Positions 58,884 through 64,000 of a stretch of DNA of 64,000 bases are shown piece by piece. The translations under genes were made by a program, and so were the position numbers. Origin of the DNA: Takakia lepidozioides. Its lineage: Eukaryota; Plantae; Bryophyta. Position 1 is the first letter of the stretch. Every line of letters begins with the position of its first letter. The stretch lies in NCBI GenBank assembly GCA_030704615.1, contig CM060732.1, positions 73,594,001 to 73,658,000 of the forward strand. The letters are read 5' to 3'. Below the pieces are notes generated by a model, which saw nothing but the letters and a program-made list of their open reading frames with translations, was not told the DNA's origin and made no database searches.

Positions 58884-61607
58884 ATGCATCGACGTGGGCC
58901 CACTCAGGGCATGGAAACAGAGGTGAGGGCTGCGGATGCCGAAGAAGAGAAGAGGACAAGTGCCGATGAAAGAGAAAGCAAACTTCTATCAAAAGGGGCG
59001 ATTTCATCATCTGCAGCAACAAAGTCACTCAATTTAAGCCTTGGGGGTCTGTTTGTTCTGGCAATCGTCTATGCACCATTAGTATGGCTGGCACGCAGAT
59101 CAATGTATCAGGAGCATGTAGTACCACTGCCACGATCAGCACCACTCGACAATTTTTCAGAGGAGAGAGCGATGCAACATGTCTGGAAGCTAGCTGGGGA
59201 GATTGGTGGCCGGCAGGAAGGATCGGCTGGGCTAGAGCAAGCATTTGTGTACTTGAAGCATGAACTTCAGACTTTGAAAGACAGATCGAGCTCCGACATC
59301 AGGCTAGAGATTGACGAGACTCTGGTGAATGGGTCATTCAATATGGTGTTTCTGAGACACGGCATCTCCACTTCCTACAGAAACCATAAAAATGTTGCAG
59401 TGAGGGTCTCTGCAGCAGGTACAGAGGAGGGCGCAGCGGTGCTTGTTAATGGGCACCTGGATGGCCCGTTGGGTTCCCCTGGGGCAGCTGATTGTGCGTC
59501 GTGTGTGGCTGCAATGCTTGAGGTGTTGCGGTACATAGTCGACGTCAATTGGGTGCCACCATCTCCAATCATATTCCTTTTCAACGGTGCAGAAGAGCTA
59601 TTTTGCCTCGGAGCTCATGGGTTCATGACTACACACAAATGGCGGGATTCACTTGGTGCTGTGATAAACATCGAGGCTACGGGGTCAAGTGGTCCGGACC
59701 TTGTTGTCCAATCAGGACCTGGGAGCTGGCCTTCCCGGGTGTATGCAGAGTCTGCAGTATACCCCATGGCGAACAGTGCCGCCCAGGATATATTCCCTTT
59801 CATACCTGGAGACACAGATTACCGCATGTTTTCTCAAGACTTCGGTGATGTCCCAGGGTTGGATGTTGTCTTCCTCCTTAATGGATATTCTTATCATACT
59901 GCTTATGATCGGCCAGAAAACATGGTGCCTGGGAGCTTGCAGGCACGTGGACAAAATCTCATCAGTTTGTTGCGAGGGTTTACTAGTGCTCCCGAATTGA
60001 AATCAGCTAAGGAGAGAGCTTTACAATCAGGGCCAGCCGAGCTTCGCCCTGTATTCTTTGATCTTTTTGGCCAATGGATGGTGTGTTACTCACAGAAAGT
60101 GGCAATGGCTTTGCATTTGTTACCGTTAGGTGTGGTTCTTCTAGTCCCTAGCCTCACTTCCCCTTCTCAAGGTGCCAAAAGTACCATAACTGCAAGATTT
60201 CAGTCTATCCTTGTAGGGGGCTTAGCACAGGCTTGCGGGGCGATCTTAGCAATTCTTTTTCCGGTGGTGCTTGCAATTTTGCGCCTTTCAGCATCAGCCA
60301 CTGCAATGACGTGGTTTGCGCAACCATGGCTTGCATACCTGATGTTTGTGCCCGTATCAGTTGTGGGATTATTGGTACCAAGGGCAATTTGGCTGGGACA
60401 GAGGGCCTCTTCAGATGGGGAGCAGAATGAAGTGGACTGGAGTACACACTGGGGGGCTGTGGGGCTGAATGCTTTATGGGCAGCCATGGGTACTGTCATT
60501 GGGTTCGGGAGTGGGTACCTGAATTTTGCTTGGGCACTTTTCATGCTTCCAGCTCTCTCAATCTTTCGAGCATTCCAGGGCATGTTTGGCCGGGATTCAC
60601 TCATGGCTCTGCTGGGATACATTATCCCCGGGCTGTTACCAGCTGCGTATGTCTGTTACTATGGTGGACTCGCGATACAATTCATCACAGAGAAGATGGG
60701 AATGAGTGGCACTTTTCCACAGCCTTATGCTTTCTATGTGGCTGATGTTATTCTGGCAGCAATAATTGGCATTTTTGTTGGCCTTGCAGTGGGCCCCTTC
60801 ATTCCAATGTTAGGCCATTGGATTGCTAAACCTCCGGCAATTCGTCTGTTGTTGTACATCAGCATAGGAGCAGCAGCTCTCTCTTCCCAAATGTTTCCCT
60901 ACAGTAACGGGGCCCCAAAACGCGTTGTAATGACACACACATTTCGAACAAGGGGTCCAACTGAGGTGCTACGATCCTCTTATGAATTTGCAACTATTGA
61001 TCCAAACTCCATGGCATTCGTGTGGAAGCATGCACCGGAAGTTGTTAAAGCACTTGACATTGATGTGAAGAAGCAAAGTGTGGGTGATTCTGATCCAAAC
61101 GTGTTCTTAGCACTGTATCCAATATCTCGGCTTTTCACCCGCAGCATGGAAATTCCGGGTGGAGTGGTATCAAGCAAGCCGCACATCCCTTTACCACACT
61201 TAAGTGTGGTTAAAGCAGAGCAGGAGGGTCTACAAGAGACGCCAAAACAGGGTTCACCAACGCGGAGGGTGCATCTGGAGATTGATTTAGGAGGATTGCA
61301 AGAAGTATGGTCAACTGTGATGAATATTACAGGGCCCTTAATGAGTTGGTCTTTTGCTGAGCAGCAGCTATCAGCAGCAGAAACAATATCAGGGGGTCCA
61401 GCCTCTTACATCTGTCGGTTGACTGGCCCGGCATCTGGCAGCCACTGGCGCTTCTGGATCGAGGCCAACAGCTCTGACCCAGTGAGAATCGAGCTGGGGG
61501 TACTTGACCAACACCTTGATGCAGAGACTCAAAGGCTAGTTGGGCTTTTCCCATCATGGGTAGCAGTAGTTGCTGGGTCCACTTTCATCTCCACGTATTT
61601 TGTATAG
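58884..61607 (+). CDS. ERMP1: Endoplasmic reticulum metallopeptidase 1-like M28 peptidase, intronless CDS
   Basis: FSEERA, NGHLD, GAADCAS, AEELF, NIEATG, PGDTDY, YHT motifs, multiple TM helices, PKR motif. ORF open from 58830; first ATG at 58884. Confidence 0.92.
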   Translation: MHRRGPTQGMETEVRAADAEEEKRTSADERESKLLSKGAISSSAATKSLNLSLGGLFVLAIVYAPLVWLARRSMYQEHVVPLPRSAPLDNFSEERAMQHVWKLAGEIGGRQEGSAGLEQAFVYLKHELQTLKDRSSSDIRLEIDETLVNGSFNMVFLRHGISTSYRNHKNVAVRVSAAGTEEGAAVLVNGHLDGPLGSPGAADCASCVAAMLEVLRYIVDVNWVPPSPIIFLFNGAEELFCLGAHGFMTTHKWRDSLGAVINIEATGSSGPDLVVQSGPGSWPSRVYAESAVYPMANSAAQDIFPFIPGDTDYRMFSQDFGDVPGLDVVFLLNGYSYHTAYDRPENMVPGSLQARGQNLISLLRGFTSAPELKSAKERALQSGPAELRPVFFDLFGQWMVCYSQKVAMALHLLPLGVVLLVPSLTSPSQGAKSTITARFQSILVGGLAQACGAILAILFPVVLAILRLSASATAMTWFAQPWLAYLMFVPVSVVGLLVPRAIWLGQRASSDGEQNEVDWSTHWGAVGLNALWAAMGTVIGFGSGYLNFAWALFMLPALSIFRAFQGMFGRDSLMALLGYIIPGLLPAAYVCYYGGLAIQFITEKMGMSGTFPQPYAFYVADVILAAIIGIFVGLAVGPFIPMLGHWIAKPPAIRLLLYISIGAAALSSQMFPYSNGAPKRVVMTHTFRTRGPTEVLRSSYEFATIDPNSMAFVWKHAPEVVKALDIDVKKQSVGDSDPNVFLALYPISRLFTRSMEIPGGVVSSKPHIPLPHLSVVKAEQEGLQETPKQGSPTRRVHLEIDLGGLQEVWSTVMNITGPLMSWSFAEQQLSAAETISGGPASYICRLTGPASGSHWRFWIEANSSDPVRIELGVLDQHLDAETQRLVGLFPSWVAVVAGSTFISTYFV

Positions 61608-63128
61608 CTCCCTTGCTCTCTCAAACTTCGATTAGAGATGAGAGCTCATGTTCTAGAAGGCTCTCATATTTTCTTACTTGGTGTTTGTCCTGGGATTGGT
61701 TCCAACTCAACCACTGTCACCCTGTGCAAGCTTCCTTCCCGAAACCCCTCCCTTTGTTTCCCGAAAAGAATTTATTAGAATATTCAAGATTGTAGATTTT
61801 GGAACTCTCTATAGACTCCTGCCTCCTGGCTTTGGTCTGGCCTTCAGCTGTCAAGAAGTGTGGGTTGTCTTTGGGAACAACTCCCCTGCTTAAGGAGAGG
61901 GAACTAGGAGAAAGTGGGTGAGTTGCTGTAAGAGACGTGTTGTGGTCATTGCCTTTGATTGTCTTTGTGGCCAAACCCAGCTGGTACACACCAGGAAATG
62001 GGGCAAGGATGAACCAGAGTGGCATGATCAGTAAGGGTTGGGAGAGAAAAGGAGAGATGGGAGATTACGGGTAAGAAATGTTGTAAGAAGTGATGCGAGA
62101 TGCAATCGCCCCTTGGCATACACATGTCAGTCATTGTTGGTCAAAATAGCAACAAAGGTCTGGCATGTAAGATTGCAATTATACCACCTGCACTCAGCAG
62201 ACTTTAGTAAACAGTTTCAATTTCAGTGCTAGAATTTCCGCAAAGACGAAGTGTTCACTGTGGGGGCTACCTCATCGGCATGAAAGACTTGCTCTGTCTG
62301 GCTGGCTCTCTCCTGCTCCTCTTTTCTAGACTGACTCCATGTCTCTCTTACCCTTGACCTGGCAACAGCTCAGCAGTCAGGTTTTCCTTCTTTGTCAGCA
62401 GTAGACTTTTGCAGTACATTTGATTTGCACAAAGCAAACATGTGATTTGCATGGACATGATCTGCTCCCAGAATTAGAGAGGTCCCCAACAAGAGGGTTC
62501 CATGTGTTACTCAGTACTTGCTTACAAATGAACCCATATATCTGCCATTGAAAACAGGAGGTTGTAATCCGGTTATTCCTTCATTTGACATAAAGGAGGT
62601 GGGCCATAGTCATGAGCAGGCCTGTCTTCATTTCATTTCTACTCAGAGGGGCACTGCATTTTTCATTAGTATTTTTAGTACATTAGATTTTTAGTTTGGG
62701 TTATTTTATGTTATTAAAATAAAATTAGATTTGTTTAATAACCGGATACTGAATCGCGGAGGCCACCTGACATAAACTCCATTTGTCCTTACCGCATAGG
62801 GTTAAATTTTGTATTTGTTGCCAACTGGCAGGATATAAAAAACTGAAAAGCTCCAAAAACCCCGGAGAGGATGCGAACACAAAGTTAAAGTTAAACATCC
62901 CGCTGATATTAAAAAAATCAAATAACCGCACAACCGCTGACTATACACATATAGATATGAAGTTGGGGTCAGGGACTTGGCATTGACAGCCTTGACAAAT
63001 GACTGCTAAGTTTAAATAATGGGCCGGATGACGTGCGGACGGATTGCAAGGTGGTTGAGCAGGGATCAAGGATTTCTTTTTGTCAGAAGACAATCAATAT
63101 ATGAAGTGAGACGTTTGTTTTGTGGCGT

Positions 63129-63284
63129 CATTGAGATCTTGAGATCTCCCAAACCGCGGGCCCAGCCCTGGTGCCGTTGGAAAGCCCTCGATGAGGAGGG
63201 GTGCACCATTGAGATCTTGAGATCTCCCAAACCGCGGGCCCAGCCCTGGTGCCGTTGGAAAGCCCTCGATGAGGAGGGGTGCAC
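63129..63284. repeat. Exact 78-bp tandem duplication
   Basis: cattgagatcttgag...ggggtgcac at 63129 and 63207. Confidence 0.9.
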
Positions 63285-63504
63285 CGGCTTGGTCTCATGA
63301 TTTTTGGACCTGCGGTGTGGAAGATCTGAAATTTCAAGTACTCTTGGTCGCTAGAAATTCGTGAAAAATGGCAAAGTGGGCTTTCTCGGAGGAATGATTG
63401 GCCCTTCATGTGAAAATATAGAATTTCAAGTACTTTTGGTCGCTAGAAATTCGTGAGAAATAGCAAACTGAGCTTTCCATGGACAATGTTGGATATATCA
63501 ATAC

Positions 63505-64000
63505 TAGGGTGGCCTGTGCCGTTGGCCCAAGTGTCCAATGTCATCTAAATCCATGTGCAATCCCCTATGTAAGTGCGTCTCATATGTCGAGACCGAATGA
63601 GACCTCTACGTTAGCCTCTACCATTGGCCCAAGTGTCCAGTATCATCCAAGCCCAAGTCCGGCCTCTAGAGCCCGTGCCGTTGGCCCAAGTGGCCAATGT
63701 CATCTAAGCCCAAGTGCAATCTCCTATGTATCCAAGTGCGTCTCCTATATTTATATCAAGGCCCAAGTGCGACCTCTAGGGTAGTTGGCCCAAGTATCTA
63801 ATGTCATCTAAGCCCAAGAACAAACTCCTATGTATCCAAGTGCGTCTCCTATATTTATATCAAGGCCCAAGTGCGACCTCTAGGGTAGCCTATGCAGTTG
63901 GCCCAAGTGTCCGGTGTCATCAGCTAAGTCCAAGTGCAATCCCCTATATATCCAAGAGCATCTCCTATGTCGAGGCCCAAGTGCGACCTCTAGGGTAGCC
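63505..64000. repeat. Complex minisatellite (GGCCCAAGTG / CCAAGTGC..CTCCTAT motifs) running off the window edge
   Basis: Repeated gttggcccaagtgtcc, gtcatctaagcccaagtgcaat and gcgacctctagggtag. Confidence 0.75.

Noticed and set aside
59029-61557. Antisense and alternate-frame short ORFs over ERMP1 (and similar ones over other genes)
   Set aside because: Shadow ORFs with no motifs.

Overview
Eukaryotic genomic DNA, most likely from a non-seed land plant (bryophyte/lycophyte-like; inferred from spliceosomal introns, chlorophyllase, plant SKA1 and F-box genes). The left ~31 kb is a nested transposon cluster. It holds (i) two tandem Ty3/Gypsy LTR retrotransposon copies sharing a central 188-bp LTR, whose polyprotein carries a DNMT3-like C5-cytosine methyltransferase between protease and RT plus a C-terminal PHD finger, and (ii) an 11.3-kb Mutator-like DNA transposon (15102-26417, TSD AATCATTGT) inserted at the ENV motif of the second Gypsy's methyltransferase. 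Besides a GCM/DDE/SWIM transposase, this MULE carries a divergently transcribed, spliced gene encoding a ParB/Srx-like domain and a bacterial-type beta-class N4C/N6A DNA methyltransferase fold. Two introns of that gene contain about 11 copies of a ~22-26-bp palindrome (GAATG(T/G)CGT-CA-ACG(A/C)CATTC), suggesting a ParB/parS-like self-recognition and marking module. This is the most novel-looking system in the window. Also present: a 2.8-kb tandem non-coding unit, an internally deleted LTR element, the end of a second related MULE and a LINE remnant. The right ~31 kb is genic: a putative plastid protein, chlorophyllase, SKA1, an F-box gene, a very large low-complexity orphan gene and an intronless ERMP1/M28 peptidase. 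All calls come from reading motifs by eye; no database searches were run.
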